A model generated the notes under the pieces. The model had not been told where the DNA came from. It was given only the letters and a program-made list of their open reading frames with translations, and made no database searches. Both the position numbers and the translations under genes were made by a program. 64,000 bases of DNA, taken from NCBI GenBank assembly GCA_014905635.1, contig CM026547.1, forward strand, positions 1,054,001 through 1,118,000, given 5' to 3'. The stretch comes from Scenedesmus sp. PABB004. Lineage: Eukaryota. The number at the start of each line of letters is the position of its first letter. The first letter of the stretch is position 1. Shown here piece by piece: positions 1-13,086 of the stretch.

Positions 1-593
1 CCGGCGCGTCGCCGCCGCCGTTGGGCGGCGCCGGCGCCGGCGCCGCCGCGCGCGCGTCGCTCGAGGCGGAGCACCTCGCCGCGCTGCTGCGCGCCGCGCC
101 GCTGCTGCCGGACGGCAGCGCGGCGCACGGCGGCGGCGCCGCGCGGCTGAGCGTCGTCACGGCGGGCCTGCCGCCGCTCTACCCGTCGGGCCCGCTCACG
201 CCCGGCGCGCTGCCCAGCCCGGGCCTGCCGACCGCGCGCAGCGCGCACGTCGGCGACTGGCTGCACGGCGGCCTCGCCGCGGCCAAGGCCGCGGCCGCGG
301 CCGCGCAGGGCCGCTGCGGTCTCGCGGGCGGCAAGAAGCGCGGCGCGCCGGCGCCCGCGTCGCGGCGCCGCAGCGGCCTGCACCGCGCGATGTACCCGCC
401 GCCGGTCGTGCGCGCCGCGCCGCGCGCGACCAACGAGGTCCTCGGCGGCCTCAGCGGCGCCGCGTGGGCGGCGTTCATGGCCGAGCTGCACGCGGTCATG
501 GACGAGGCGCTGCGCCCGGGCGTCGGCGCGTGGCGCCGCGCGTCCGAGGCGGCCGGCCTCGGCGCGGCGGCGATGTCGTGCCCGCGCTTCTGA
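1..593 (+). CDS. 3' end (last exon) of a hypothetical protein, 5'-truncated by the window edge
   Basis: Open frame with protein-like C-terminus (MYPPPVV...NEVLGGLSGAAWAAFMAELHAVMDEALRPGVGAW...MSCPRF*) and strong GC3 bias; family not recognised. Confidence 0.7.
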   Translation, partial: GASPPPLGGAGAGAAARASLEAEHLAALLRAAPLLPDGSAAHGGGAARLSVVTAGLPPLYPSGPLTPGALPSPGLPTARSAHVGDWLHGGLAAAKAAAAAAQGRCGLAGGKKRGAPAPASRRRSGLHRAMYPPPVVRAAPRATNEVLGGLSGAAWAAFMAELHAVMDEALRPGVGAWRRASEAAGLGAAAMSCPRF

Positions 594-1702
594 GGGCGCC
601 TGGGGCCCGCCCCCAGGCGGCGGGGGCGGGCCGGCGGCGGCGGCGGAACCCTAAAACCCAACAAACGTGGACCGCGTGTGGCGTCTGTTTTGCGAGTGCG
701 GGGGAGCGCGGGGGGCCGGCGGCGCGGGGTCATTGCCCGCGGCGCCGCCCCCATCCGACTGTGGCTCTTCCCACCACGTGCACTGCCTTGACTTCAGCCC
801 CAGTCGCCGCCCTGCAGCGGCAGGCCGCGGCGCGCGGGGGGCGCGCATGCGCGCGCGCTTGCGCGGCGCCGCCGGCCCGCGCGCGCCGCGGCGGCTGCGG
901 CTCGACGGCCGGTCCTTCCTTGGTCGATGCACGCACGGGGCGGCGCGGGGGCGCGGGCTGCAGGCGCAGCGCCGCGCGCGCGCGCGGCGGCGGCGGCGGC
1001 GGCGAGGGGGCGGCGCGCCGCCTGGCGGCGGCGGCCGCCGCGGCCCCTCGCCGCCGTGGGCGTGCCGTGCGCCTGGGGGCCGTGCGCGTTGGCCCGACTT
1101 GTATATTCTCGCTGCCTTTGGCTCAGCGGCTGTAGACTGGCAGGACGTGCGCGCGGCGGCGGCGCGCCGGGGCGGGGGTGGCGCGGACGCACCCGCCCTC
1201 TCCCGGCCTGCCGCCCGCCCGCTCTCACTCTCTCTCTGTCGGCGTTGGCTGCCCGGCGTGCTCGCCCCTCGTCGTCGTTGCTCGTCGTCGTGGGCGTCAT
1301 TGGCCGTCGTTCCCAGGGCCGCGGCGGTGGCGGGCCGTTGATCTGTCCACACGCACGCACACAGACACACGCAAGAACGGCGCGCTCCGCGCGCGCGCGC
1401 GCCGCGCCGAGGGCCGCACCGCCCCGGCGCGCGCGCGCGCGTGCCACGGCTCCCTCTCTTCCCTTTGTACCATTCACGACGCGCACCGCGTTCGAGCGCA
1501 CTGCCGGCTCTGAGTCTCTGAGGCCCCGCGCGGCGGCGCTGCCGCGGCGCCCGCGCCGCCGCGTGGGCGGGCGGCGCCGGCGGCGGGCGCGGCGCGGCCG
1601 CGGAGGCTCCGCACAGAACAGCAGTCCCCACGGCGAGAACGGCGCATTTGTAACACCACCAACACGCTCGGCGACCCGCAGGCAACGCGCGAGCTGCTCG
1701 CG

Positions 1703-1774
1703 CTGCTGAAACGCTGCGGCGGCGCAGCGCTTCAGCGTTCGAAAACGGCGCAGCGCTTCAGCGTTCGAAAACGG
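1703..1774. repeat. 26-bp tandem duplication (CGCAGCGCTTCAGCGTTCGAAAACGG x2) preceded by a partial inverted copy
   Basis: Read directly; GCTGAAACGCTGCG at ~1705 is a near reverse complement of CGCAGCGCTTCAGC. Confidence 0.85.
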
Positions 1775-2072
1775 CCGAACCGAACTGAATGCGGCACGCG
1801 CCGCCCGCCGGCCACGCCCAGCGTCGAACACGCGAACCAACGTCCCCTCAGCGCGGTCCCCGCCGCCCCCGCCCGCCCGCCAGCAGCCCTCGCGCGCTCC
1901 CGCACCGCGCCAGCGCACCGCCCGCGCGCCGCGCGCCCCCGGCCTGCGTCCAGGAGGCGATCCGTGAGCTTACCTTTGCGTGTGGACCGCTGCAGCCCCG
2001 CGGCGACGTGGCAGCGGGTCGGGGCAGGCCGCCCATCACCGGCATCCCACACTCGCGCACCCCGCGCGCGCC

Positions 2073-5066
2073 ATGGGCCGCACCGGCCGGGCCAAGCGCG
2101 CCCCCGCGCCCGCCGTGGTGGGCGCGACGCCCCTGAGCAATGACGCGCCCTTTGGCGACCTGCGGCGCGGCGCCGCCGAGCGCAAGGACGACCGCGCGGG
2201 CCTGGTCGCCAAGGTCGGCGTCGGCCGCTTCTTCACCGCGCCGCCCCGCACCGCCGTGCTGGAGCGCGACGGCGACGGCGCGCGGGACACGCTGAAGCCG
2301 CGCAGCCAGGCCGAGGGCGCGCCCGTCGGCCTCGGCGAGCTCGCCGCGAGTGCGCGCCGCCGCGCTGGGCGCGGCGCGCGCTGGCCCCGCTGCGGCGCAG
2401 CGCGGCGCGGCGCCCCGGCGGCAGCCGCGGGGCTGGGCGCTGACCGCGCCGCGCCGCCCGCCGCCCGCCCCGCGCCGCGCGCCGCGCGCCGCGCGCCGCA
2501 GCGATCTGGGCCAACACGCCCGCGAGCAAGGGCGGCGCGCGCGACCCCGCGGCCGGCCCCCGCGCGGCGCTCGGACACATCATGCAGCACGGCGCCGCGC
2601 TCGAGGCCGGCGGCGCGGCGGCGCAGCTCTACAGCACCGACGGCTTCCGCGCCTACGCGGACGAGATGGTCTGGGTGAGCCGCGGCGCGCACGTGCTCGC
2701 GCGCTTCGCCCATCGGCGCGCCGCGCCCGCGCCGCCATGCCGCGCCGCGCGGCCGACCGCGCCGCCGCCGCCGCCGCCCTCGCAGGGCGTGCGCGCGGCG
2801 GGCGAGGCCGACGACGCGACGCTGGAGGACGCGCAGGCCGACCCGCTGCTGCTGCGCGAGCGCCTGCGCCTGCTGTGGCGCAGCTGGCGCAAGCTGAGCG
2901 CGACGGAGCAGCGCGTGTGGAGCGACCGGCAGCTCGGTGCGCGGCGCCGCCGCCGCGCGGCCGGCCGCGGGCGCGGCGGCGCACGCCGCACGCCGCCGGC
3001 TGGCCGCGGCCGGCTGACCGCCGCGGCGCCGCGCGCCCCGCCGCGCGCCCCGCCGTGCAGCCCGCGAGGAGGCGGCCGCGGTCGAGCGCGTCGTCGGCAG
3101 CAGCAAGGCGCCGCAGGCCAAGCTGCGCCGCGCGGCGGGCGCGGTGTCGACGGCCGAGCGCGACGCGCCGGGCAGGTGGGCGAGAGAGGAGGGCGAGAGG
3201 GGGGGGGGGCAGCGCTGCCGCCGCTCTGGCAGCGGCGGGCGCGGCAGCGTCCCGCTCGCGCGGCGCGCGCCGCGCGCGCCTTGCTGCGGGCGCCGCCGCC
3301 GCGCTCACCGCCCCGCACCGTGCCGCTGCTCAGGGCCAAGCCCCGCAAGAACGACGGCTGGAGCTACGTGCCCGTGCCCAAGCACGCTGCCAAGCTCAGC
3401 AAGGCCGCTGCAAAGGCCGCAGCGACCGTCGCGCTGGCCGCTGAGCGCGAGGAGGCAGAGGAGGACGACGGGGAGGAGCAGGAGCAGGAGGAGGAGGAGG
3501 AGCAGGAGCGCGCGGCCGCGGCGCCGCGCGGCGGCGGCCGGCGCGACCAGAAGCGCAAGCGCGGCACCGCCGGCCCCTCGGCCGCCGCCGCCGCGGCCGC
3601 CGCCGCCGCGGGCGACGGCGGCGCGGGCGGGCTGGACGCGCAGTACCGCCGCGCCGCGGCGCTGCGCTTCAGCCGCACACTGCTGGCGGAGGAGATGCGC
3701 AGCTGGGAGGAGGAGGACGAGGAGGAGGAGGCCGCCGCCGCGGCGGGCGTGGTGCGCTGCTCGGCAGCACGCGCGGGCCGCCGCACGCGGCGCGGCGCAG
3801 CCGGGCGCGCCGCCGCGCCGCCGCGCGCGGGCGCCGCGCCCACGCCGCATCACCGCCGCCGCCGCCGCTCGGCGCAGAGCGTGGAGGAGCTGCGCCGCCG
3901 GCGCGAGCAGGCCGCTGCGGAGGCCAAGGCAGCCGCTGCCGCCGCCGCCGCCGCCGCCAAGGAGCAGGCGGAGAGGGAGAAGGCGGAGGGCGAGGAGGGC
4001 GCGGCCGCCAAGCCCGCGCAGCGGCGCGCCCGCGCCGCCGGCACGGCCAAGGCCGCGCCCGGCAAGCGCAAGCCCGCCGGCGCCAAGGGCCGCGCGCGCG
4101 CCGCGCCGCGCGGCCGCACGCCCGCCGACGCCATCGCGGACGGCGGCTGGCTGGCCAGCGAGGACGGCGACGACGACGAGGAGGAGGGCGCGGGGCCGGC
4201 CGAGGAGGCCGCGCTCGCGCGCGCACTCTCCGACGGCGACGACAGCGACGCGGACGCCAGCTCCGGCCCGGGCGCGCAGGGTGCGCCGGCAGCAGCGCCG
4301 CGCCGCCGGCGCGACCGCGCGCGGCTGCGCGGCTGCGCCGCGCCGCCGCCGCGCCCGGCCGACGCTGCGGCCGCGCCGCAGGCGACGAGGAGGAGGAGGG
4401 GCAGGAGGGCGCGGCGCCGCCGCGCAAGGCGCGCAAGGCCGCCGCCGCCCGGCCGCGCACGGCCAAGGGCCAGGCGCGGCGCGGCGCCGCCGCGGACGGC
4501 CAGCCCAGCGGCGCCAAGCCCAGCGAGGCGGCGAGCAGGAAGCGCCCGGCCGCGTCCGAGCCGGGGCGCGGCGCCGAGCCGGCCGGCGCCGCGAGCGGCG
4601 GCAAGCTGCGCAAGCAGGCGCCTGGCGGCAAGGCCGCCGCCGCCAAGCCCACGCAGCAGCACTCGCCGCTGCGCCGCAGCGCGCGCGGCAGGGACGAGGC
4701 GCAGGAGGAGGACGGGCCGGAGGCCAGCGGCGCGGGTGGGCGGCGTCGGGCGCGGCGCGCGCGGTGCTGGCGCGGCGCGCGCTCGAGGATGCACGCCGCC
4801 GCGCGCGCGCGCGCGCGGCGCACGCCCCGAGCCCGCCCCCCGCCGCAGGCAACTCCAGCGTGCCCGTGCGCCGCGGGCGCTCCGCCGGCGCGGCGGGCGG
4901 CGCTAAGGTGGCGCAGCTGGAGCACCTGGAGATGGAAATCTTCAGCAACACGCGCCGCTCCAGCTTCAGCGGCCGCGCCGACAGCCCCGGCCTCCGCGCG
5001 GCGCCGGCAAAGGACAAGAAGCGCCCCAGCCGTCTCGCCAGGCTCGGCGGCAAGGCCGCCTCCTGA
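2073..5066 (+). CDS. Multi-exon putative nuclear protein with a degenerate HMG-box-like segment and acidic/basic low-complexity tail
   Basis: ATG 2073 (MGRTGRAKR); GT-AG introns at 2350-2501, 2675-2785 and others splice in frame. FRAYADEM...LLWRSWRKLSATEQRVW resembles HMG-box helices; KRKR NLS-like motifs and poly-E; ends RLGGKAAS* at 5066. Confidence 0.6.
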
Positions 5067-5371
5067 GCGGCTGCCGCGGCGCCGAGCGGCGCCGAGCGGC
5101 GCCCGGCGGGGCGGTGCCGCCCGCCGGCGCGCCGGCGCCCCTGTGGCCCAACTGTATGACCGAGTGCACGCCGTGACCGGCCTCACGCGACCACCGCATT
5201 TGTTGTGCGCTGCTGCGGGCCCAAGGACTGGCGGGCGGGGCGGGCGGGGTTCAGGGCTCTGCGTTTCTTTGAACACACGGCACCCGTGCGCGCCGCCGCG
5301 TCGTCCGCCGTCAGCACGCCGCCAATCCGCACGCCCAGCGGTTGCAGCGGTTGCCGCGCGCCAGCAGCGCG

Positions 5372-6310
5372 ATGGCCGCGCCTCCGCCGCCGCGCCCGGC
5401 CGGGCTCCCCGCTGTCCGCGGCGTTGCGCTGCACCGAGAGTTTGTGGCCGCTGCGCTGTCAGACGCCGCGCGCCTGGAGCAGCCGCCGGTGCGGCGGCGG
5501 CGCGGCGACAGCGCGCGGCGATGCCGGGCGGCGCGGGCGGCGAGCGGCTTGCGCCCTGCCCTGCGGTGGCTCTCACGGCCACCCCGCGCCCTGTAACTGC
5601 TCACGGCCGCGCGAACCGCCTGCTGCGGTCCCGCAGGGCGACCAGGCGGGCGCCGGCGCTGCTCCCGCGGCGCTGTCGAGCGCCTTCGAGGCGGCGCTGC
5701 GCCAGGCGGACGCGTCGCCCGAGGCCCTGCGGGACGTTCTGGCGGCGTACGGCGGCGCTGTGCTGCGCGTGAGCCAGGCGCTCGGGGCGCGCGCGGGGCC
5801 GCAGCTGGCCGCGCGCGCGCTGGCGGCGGCCGAGGGCGTGCACGGCGCGCTGGCGAGCGCGCGCCGGGACGCGCAGCTGCTGCAGCTGGCGCTCCAGGCG
5901 CTGGAGGAGGCGGCGCAGCCTGCGGGCTGGGCGTGGGCACTGCACGCGCATGCGGCGGGCGGCGCGGCGCCGCTCGTCGCGCTCCCGCTGGCGAGCTCGG
6001 CGGGGCCGTTTGGGTGAGCGCGCTGGGGCCTGGCTCCGCACCCTGCGGGCCTCATCATCCTCACACTGCAGCCGCCCGGCGCTGCGGCGGCGGCGAGCGC
6101 CTCGCCGTTGCCTGCGGCGCCGCTGCGGCGCTGGCGCGCGCCGCAGCCCGCTGCACGCGACCTGCCGCTCCGCTGCACGGCCTGAGCGAGCAGCCCCGCG
6201 CGCTTGCGCGTGCGTTACACGCGCTGTGCGCCCCCGGCCCCCTGGCGCGGCGGCGGCGCGCGCGTCCACATTGCGGTGGCGCGCGCCCGCTCGCCGCCGC
6301 ACGGCTGTAA
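5372..6310 (+). CDS. Hypothetical helical protein (2-3 exons; 3' end uncertain, 6017 or 6310)
   Basis: ATG 5372 (MAAPPPPRP...EQPP), GT-AG intron ~5489-5636, exon GDQAG...LQLALQALEEAAQ; TGTAA at 6306. Confidence 0.45.
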
Positions 6311-6338
6311 TCGCGGCCCGCGCCCCGCACCCCTCCGG

Positions 6339-7563
6339 TCAGTCAAAGTCGCGCCGCCGGCGCTCCGCCTTTTTCTTGCCCTCCTTTTTCTTGCCGTCCA
6401 GCCGCCGCTCGTTGCCGGCCTTGATGCTGCGCGGCGGGGGCGGCGGCGCTGGCGGGGTCCGGGCGCCGGGGCGCGCGCGCGCCGCGGCTGCTGGCTGGCG
6501 CCGCGGTCGCCAACCCTGCTGCCCCCCGCCTGCCGTGGGCGCGCGGCGGCACTCACGCCGCCTTGACGCGCTTGATGGTCTCCGGGTCGACCTCCTTGGG
6601 CGTGACGGCGTCCACGCCCGCGTCCAGCATCGCCTGCAGCTTGCCGAGGCAGTCGTCCAGGTTTTGGCTGCGCGGCGGGGCGGGGCGGGGCGCCGCCGCG
6701 CAGCGGGGCGCACGACTCGGACCCGCGCGGCGGCGGCGCGGGCCCGCGCGGCGGCGGCGCGGGCGCGCGCCCTCGCCGCACCTCTGCGTGCGGTGCCGCG
6801 TCGAGGTGAGGAAGAGGGTGCCGTCCTTGGTGAAGCGGTTCTTCTCCTGCGCGGCGCGGCGCACGCGGCGCGGGGCCGCGCACACAACACGCTCGGCGCG
6901 CCGCCGCGGCCGCGGGCGCCCGCGCGCCGCCGCGTCGCCGCCTGCCTGGCAGTACGCACCGCGCGCCGCACGGCGTCCTTGACCTCGTCCGGGATCCAGT
7001 CCGCCTTGTCCAGCTCGAAGCGCATGTCCACCTTGGTGTTCACCTGCAGCCGCGGCGGCGAGGCGGCGGCGGCGCGGCGCTGAGCTGCTGCCGCCGGCGG
7101 GCCGCTGCTCGCCGGCAGGGGCGGCGGCTTCCGCCGCGCCGCTGCGCCGCGCCGGCGCGTGGCCCGCGTGGCGGCCGCGCACCTTGTTCACGTTCTGCCC
7201 GCCCGCGCCGCCGGAGCGCGCAAAGCTGAACTCCACGTCGTCTTTGCCGATCGGTCGCAGCGCATACTTGCGCGGCCCCGGCGCCGGCGGCGCGCTGCCG
7301 CAGGTGCTGGTGCCGCTGCTGCTGGTGCTGGTGCTGCTGCTGGTGCCGCCGACATCGCTGTAGCAGCGAAGGCAGCGCGCCGGCGGCGGCGCGGGCACGG
7401 GCGCGGGCAGCTGCTGCTGCTGCCGCCGCGCGGCCGCGGCGGCGGCGGCCGCCGCCCACGCGCCGCCGGATGGCGAGCTGGCGCCGCCGCCGCCGCCGCC
7501 GCAGGGCGCCGCCAGGCGCAGCGCCCGCGGCGCGCCGCCGCGGAGCAGCGCAAGTGCAAGCAT
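6339..7563 (-). CDS. ICT1: Organellar peptidyl-tRNA hydrolase / ribosome rescue factor (ICT1/ArfB family), 5 exons
   Basis: FARSGGAGGQNVNKVNTKVDMRF with GGQ motif; STRHRTQSQNLDDCL; basic C-tail RRLDGKKKEGKKKAERR; N-terminal targeting-peptide-like sequence; four GT-AG introns. Confidence 0.93.
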
Positions 7564-7860
7564 GGTCGACCGAGACTGGGTCCGCTGACGCGCTGATCGG
7601 GTGCGTTGATCGATCGTGACCAGAACTGCACGCGAGCGCGGTCGCGGGCGCCCCGTTATCTGGGAGACCGAGCCTACAACGCGACCGCGGTCGCGCGCGG
7701 CTCCGGCCGGCCGCGTGGGCTTGCGGCGCCCTCAGTCGCCCCCTACATCTCTCCCGCGCGCACCCCACGCCCACCGACGCCGCCAATCGAGCCCCCCAGC
7801 GCGCGCGACAGCAGCGAACCGACTCCGCCTGGCGCGGAGAGCCGCTGAGCAGGGCACAGG

Positions 7861-9311
7861 ATGAGCGCATTCGCCAGTGCCAGTCGCGTCGGCGTCGCGC
7901 CACGCCGCGCGGGCGCCCACGCACGCAGCGGGGCCGCGCCGCGCCCCTCATCGCTGGCCGCGCGCCTCCGCCGCGGCCCGTCGGCGCCCCGGGGCGGCGT
8001 TCAGTTCGACGAGCAGTTCATGGCATCCCTGCAGGCCAGCCTGGAGCGCGAGGAGCACCGGGTGCGGACTGCGCCGCAACCGCCGCCGCTCGCGCGCCAG
8101 CAACGGCACCGCGCCCGCGCCGGCGCCCCCGCCGCCGCCCTGGCCGCGCCGGCCTCACCCCGTCCGCGGGCCCGGCGCCGGCGCAGATTGCGGAGAAAAT
8201 CGGCCTGCCGGGGCTGTGCCTGCACGAGGCGGTCGAGGACGAGGCGATCGAGGGCACCGGCGCGCTCATCTGGGCCGCCGGCGTGCGCCTCAGCCAGCAC
8301 CTCGTGCGCAACCGCGCGGGCGAGCTCAAGGGCGCGCGCGTGCTCGACCTCGGCGCCGGCACGGGTGCGCGGCGGCGCTCCGACGCGCGCGTGCGCGCGC
8401 CCGCCCGCCGCCCGGCGCCGCGCGCGCCCGCCCGCCGACGCGCCCGGCGCCGCCGCCGCCGCCGCCGCCGCTGGCCGCCGCCGCAGGCATCGTGGGCATC
8501 GCCGCCGCGGCGCTGGGCGCGCACGTGATGCTGACCGACACGCGGGAGATCCTGCCGCAGCTCTACGAGAATGTCAAGGCGCGCGCCGCGCGGCGCCGCC
8601 GCGCCGCCGGCCAGCCAGCGGGAGGGCCCGCCGCCGCAGCGCGCGCGGCATGCGAGCACGCCCGCCCACCCCGCAGGCGAACGAGGGGCTGATCGGCGAG
8701 AGCGGCGGCAGCGCGACCGTCGCGGAGCTGGACTGGCTCGACCCGGACGACGAGGTGCTGGACCAGGTGCGCACGCGGCGCGCCGCCGCGCCGCGCGATA
8801 TCCTGCCGGGGCCACAGCGCGCCGCGCCCGCCGTGCTTGGCGCACCGCCGACGTCGCGTGCGCGCGGCTCGCGGCACCCGCCGGCACCGTCGCAGGACTA
8901 CGACTGGGTGTTTGGCAGCGACGTGACGTACAGCGAGGAGGCGCTGGTGCCGCTGGCCAAGCTGCTGCGCCAGATGGTGCTCACAAACGAGGGCGCCGTC
9001 GTCAAGCTCGCGCACATGCACCGCAGCAAGGAGCTGGACAAGGCCATGCGCGAGGCCTTCCAGGGTGCGGGGGCGCTGGGCGGGGCCGGCCGCGCGGCGC
9101 GGGTGCGCCGGGCGCGGCGCGACGCGCCCCGCCGCCGCGCCGCGCAGACGAGGGCCTGCAGCTGCGCCCCGTCGACGTGCGCACCACGGGCACGACGGTG
9201 TACGACGACCCGCTGCACGTCGACGAGGCGATCGTGTTTTACCGCGTCGGCCTCGACCCCGCGCTGCGCGAGATCGTGCCGGACGAGGGCGCCGACGGCG
9301 GCAGCAGCTAG
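7861..9311 (+). CDS. METTL21-like (Methyltransf_16) SAM-dependent protein-lysine methyltransferase, 6 exons
   Basis: GTGALIWAAGVRLS, VLDLGAGTGIVGIAAA, LTD, ELDW and GSDVTY motifs; transit-peptide-like N-terminus; one GC-AG intron at 8579-8676. Confidence 0.9.
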
Positions 9312-9609
9312 CCGAGCGGGCGAGCCGGGTCTCAGCCGTGTGTGCGCGGACGCCGCGCGGCGGCGGTGACCGTCTGCCGCGGGGCGGCGGTGACTGCGAG
9401 ACGCCGCCGCCCCGGTTGGGCACACACAGCCAGGCGCGCCCGCAGTCAAAAACGCCGCGGCAGCTCCCCGCGGAGGCTTGGCGGCACGCCTCTCGTCCCA
9501 GCCGCCGCCCTCCCCGGCGGCCTGCTCCACAGTTGCCCTCGCCCGGGCGGCCGCGCGCGGGGTCGGTTGCAGCAGCCGGCGGCGCCGGGCCGCAACAGCG
9601 GCGCCGGCC

Positions 9610-12426
9610 ATGGCGGCGCTCGACGCGCGCGCGGCCGACGCGCAGTTCACTCGCGTGAGCTCCAGCGCTGCCAGCGCTGTCCCGCCCAGCGCTGCGCTGG
9701 GCGGGACAGACGCAGTGGGGCGCGCGCCGCCAACAGCACAGCAGCAGTTTTTTTTTTGCGCCGCCACGGCGCCCCGCGACCACGCCCGCTCACTTACTTA
9801 GTCACTTACTGTCGCAGGTCGCGGCGGCGGTCGAGGCGCGGCTGGGTCTGCTCGCGCGGCTCCCCGCGCTGCGGGTGCGGGCGTGGCTGACCAAGCTCGG
9901 CGACGCCGAGACGCCCAACCCCTGCTGGGCGCGCAACCGCCTGGCGTGGGTGCGCCTCCTGCACGAGCAGCTCCGCGCCGGCTTGCTGGAGGCGCCCTTC
10001 AGCGCGCTGCCGCCCGAGGGCCCGCTGCCCACGCTGCCGGCGCACCTCGCGGTCCGCTTCCTGCCCGCCGCCGGCGGCGCGGCCCCGCCCGCGAGCCCGC
10101 GGCGGCCGCGCAGCGCGCCGCACGCGCCGCACGGCGCGTCGGCGGCGGGGGGCGTGCTCATGCCGAGCGACCTGTCGGCGCTGTCGCCCATTCGCTGCAG
10201 CCCGCCGCGCGCGGGCGCCCTGCAGCCAGCGCGGCGCGGCGAGGCCGGCAGCGGCGGCAAGGCCGGCGAGCCGCGCAGCCGCGGCGGCGGCGCCGGGCCC
10301 CCGCGCGCCAGCAGCGCGGGCGCCGCCGCGGGGCTGCTGGGCGCGGCGGCCGCGTTCGCTGCCGAGCTCGAGGCGGAGCGCGACGGCGCGGCGCAGCTGG
10401 ACAGCCGGATGGCGTGGGCGGAGGAGAGGCTGCTGCAGCAGGTGCGTGGCGCCCGGGGGGGGGGGGGGTGCGGCCGGCGACATGCGCGCCGGGCGCTGGT
10501 GGCCCGCGCTCTCAGCGCGCCGCCGCCGCCGCCGCCGCCACACGCGCGCGCGCGCACAGGAGGCGGAGCTTGCGCGGCTGCAGGGCGAGGCCGCGGCCGC
10601 GCGGCGCCGTGTGAAGGCGGCGACTGCCGCCACGCTGAGCGAGCTCCTCGACCGCTACAACGCAGCGGCGGCCGCGTGGCCCGCCGCCACCAGCCCAGGC
10701 GCGTCGCCCAGCAGGTGAGGGGTGAGTGGCGCCGGCGCCGGCCTCGGCTGCAACCGGTGCGCCCGGCCGCCCGCCCACGCCGGTGCCGCGCTGCACGCGC
10801 GCCTCCAGGCGGCAGCCCTCGCTCGCCGCGGGCGTGCTTGGCCCCGTCGCGGCGCTGGTGCGCAGCATCCAGCAGACGCTGGACGCCTGCGACGAGGAGG
10901 AGCTGGAGCGGCAGCAGGCGAGCAGCGCTGCGCCGCCGCAGCGCGGGGCCGCGCCCGGCCCTGACGGCGTGGCTGGCGGCGCGGCCGGGCCCGCCCAGGC
11001 GGAGGCGGCTGTGCTGCAAGCGCTGGAGGAGCTGGCGGCGCGGCTGCTGCGCAAGGCGGAGTCGCTCGGCGCTGCGCTGGACGCCAGCAAGGCGGCGGCC
11101 ACCGCGGCTGCCGCCGGCAACGGCGCCTCCGCGGCGCACGTCGCGGCGGCGGCCGCCGACGCGGTGCGCAACATGGCCAGGGCAGCGCGGCGGGCGGCCA
11201 AGGCCAAGAAGGGCCTGGAGCGCACGCTGGAGACCGCAGCAGACGCGGCTGCCGCCGCGGCACGCGCCGCTGCGGGCCGCAGCGGCCAGCGCGCACGCGC
11301 CAGCGACAGCAGCGAGGCGGACAGTGACGGCAGCGACAGCAGCAGCGCCAGCCACGACCATGCCAACGGGGGGTGGGCGGGGGTGCAGCAGCAGTCGCAG
11401 CAGCAGCTGCAGTCGCAGCAGCAACAGCAGCGCGCGCGCCTGGGCAGGCTGTCGGACGCCCACAAGCTGCTGCTGGCGCTGCTGGATGCCAGCGCGAGGC
11501 TGGCGGTGCAGCTGGCGGACGGCGCCACGCGCCTGGGCGATGCAGGCGGCGCGGCCGCCGGCCGCGACCACAGGCTGGCCGCCGCGGCCATCGCTGGCAT
11601 TGCCGCGGCCCTGGGCGCCGCCGCCGCAGCTTTCTGCGCGCAGGTGTGCCCGCTCCGGCAGCAGGTTGCGGCCCTGATCAGGGCGTCGGAGCGGGGGCCC
11701 GACGCAGGCCACGCTGCCTGCGCTGCCAGCCCCACGCTCCAGCGGCGGGCGGCCGACACCGCCGCGCCGGTGGTGTTTGCCTCGCGCGCGAGCGACGGCG
11801 CCGTGGCGGGGACGCTGCTGCACCCTGCGTCCGGCGGCACCGCAGCGGCCGGCGGCGGCGCCTTCAACGGCGCGGCGCACTATCGCCTCGGCAGTGCGGC
11901 CGCCAGCAGCAGCCCCAGCACGGCAGCCGGCCTGGGCGGCAGTGCTGGCCTGGCGCCCCTGCACGCGCTTTTGAGCGGCGCGTCGCTGCGGGCGCCAGCG
12001 CCGGGCACGGGGGCGGCGAGCCTCGGCAGCGGGCCAGAGGCGGTGCACCAGCGCCTGTCGAGCCTGTCGCGCCAGGCGTCGAGGCTGTCGGAGCGCGCCA
12101 GCGAGCTGCTGAGCTCGCCCCGGGCTGCCAGCGGCTTCGGCGCCGGCGCTGGATTTCCTGGCAGCTCCAGCCTGGGCCTGGGGGGCGCGGCGGGGCTGAG
12201 CCCGCCCACGGCGACTGCGCCGGGGAAGCTGGGCGCCAGCGCCAACCGCGCGCAGCTGGACGCCCAGCTGCTGGGCCTCGGCGGGCGCCCGCTTTCGGCC
12301 GGCGCGGCGGGCGCGGCGGCGGGCGGCGGCATCGCGGCGATCAGCAGCAAGCTCAGCAGCCTCAGCCAGCGCTGGGGCGCGGCGGGCGGCGGCAGCGGCG
12401 GTCTGGGCGGGCGCGCCGGCTGGTGA
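9610..12426 (+). CDS. DUF4485 (CEP112 N-terminal-like) domain coiled-coil protein
   Basis: RVRAWLTKL...RNRLAWVRLLHEQLRAGLLEAPFSALPPEGPLPTLP matches the DUF4485 pattern as recalled, followed by coiled-coil and low-complexity sequence; introns ~9655-9817, 10442-10559, 10715-10808. Confidence 0.75.
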
Positions 12427-12777
12427 GCCAGGGCAGGCCGGTGCGGGTGGAGCGCGGCGGCCGAGCGGGCGCGTAGTCGGACAGGGGCGCAGCCTCGGGC
12501 AGCGCACGTGCGGGCGGCCGTGACCCGTGATGAGCCCGCGCGCGAGCGCGCCGGCGAGCGCGCGCCGCCGCCGTCGCGGTGCCGAGTCGATGACGGGCGC
12601 GGGCGACCTCGTCGTGCACGTCCCGGCCGCGTGGGCGCTGGCGGCCGGTGGCGGCGCGTGTGTGAGAGGTGGGCGCGGTCACCGGCGATGGATCGTGTTG
12701 ACTCCCGCTGCTGCGAGTGCTGCGCGGCCCGGCGCTGGGCCGAGAGGCTGCGCAGCGCTGCGGGCGGTCGTCCCGGC
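12322..12777 (+). repeat. Copy A of a ~460 bp inverted duplication (3' CDS end and 3' flank of the DUF4485 gene)
   Basis: Reverse complement aligns by eye with 17467-17938, with scattered substitutions and small indels. Confidence 0.93.
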
Positions 12778-13086
12778 GCGGCCGCCACGGCGCAGGAGGC
12801 TGCAATGTGACCCGGGGCTTTGCGGCCGCTCGTCTCCCCCGCCACGAAGAGCGCGCGTCGCCGCCCCCTTCGCGCACCACGGGGACGGGGCTTTACCAGT
12901 AGCAGCAGCAGCAAGCACGCGTCAGACGCCGGCGGGCAGAGCGCGCAGCCTGGGCGCGCACTGCGGGCGCTGCGGCGAGCCCGAGCCGCACGAGGTGGGC
13001 CGCCCGCCGCGCCAGAGCACGTCGTCGCGGCGGCGCCCGCGTCGCCCGCCCGACGCCCGGCGCGCAGCGCTCGCAGAGCGCGGCCG

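Noticed and set aside
647..660. AACCCTAAAACCC telomere-like motif (similar at ~25186 and ~36984)
   Set aside because: Fewer than two full units; insufficient for an interstitial telomere call.
600..2050. Possible small gene in the first intergenic region (minus-strand ATG near 1300)
   Set aside because: No convincing spliced frame or recognisable motif.
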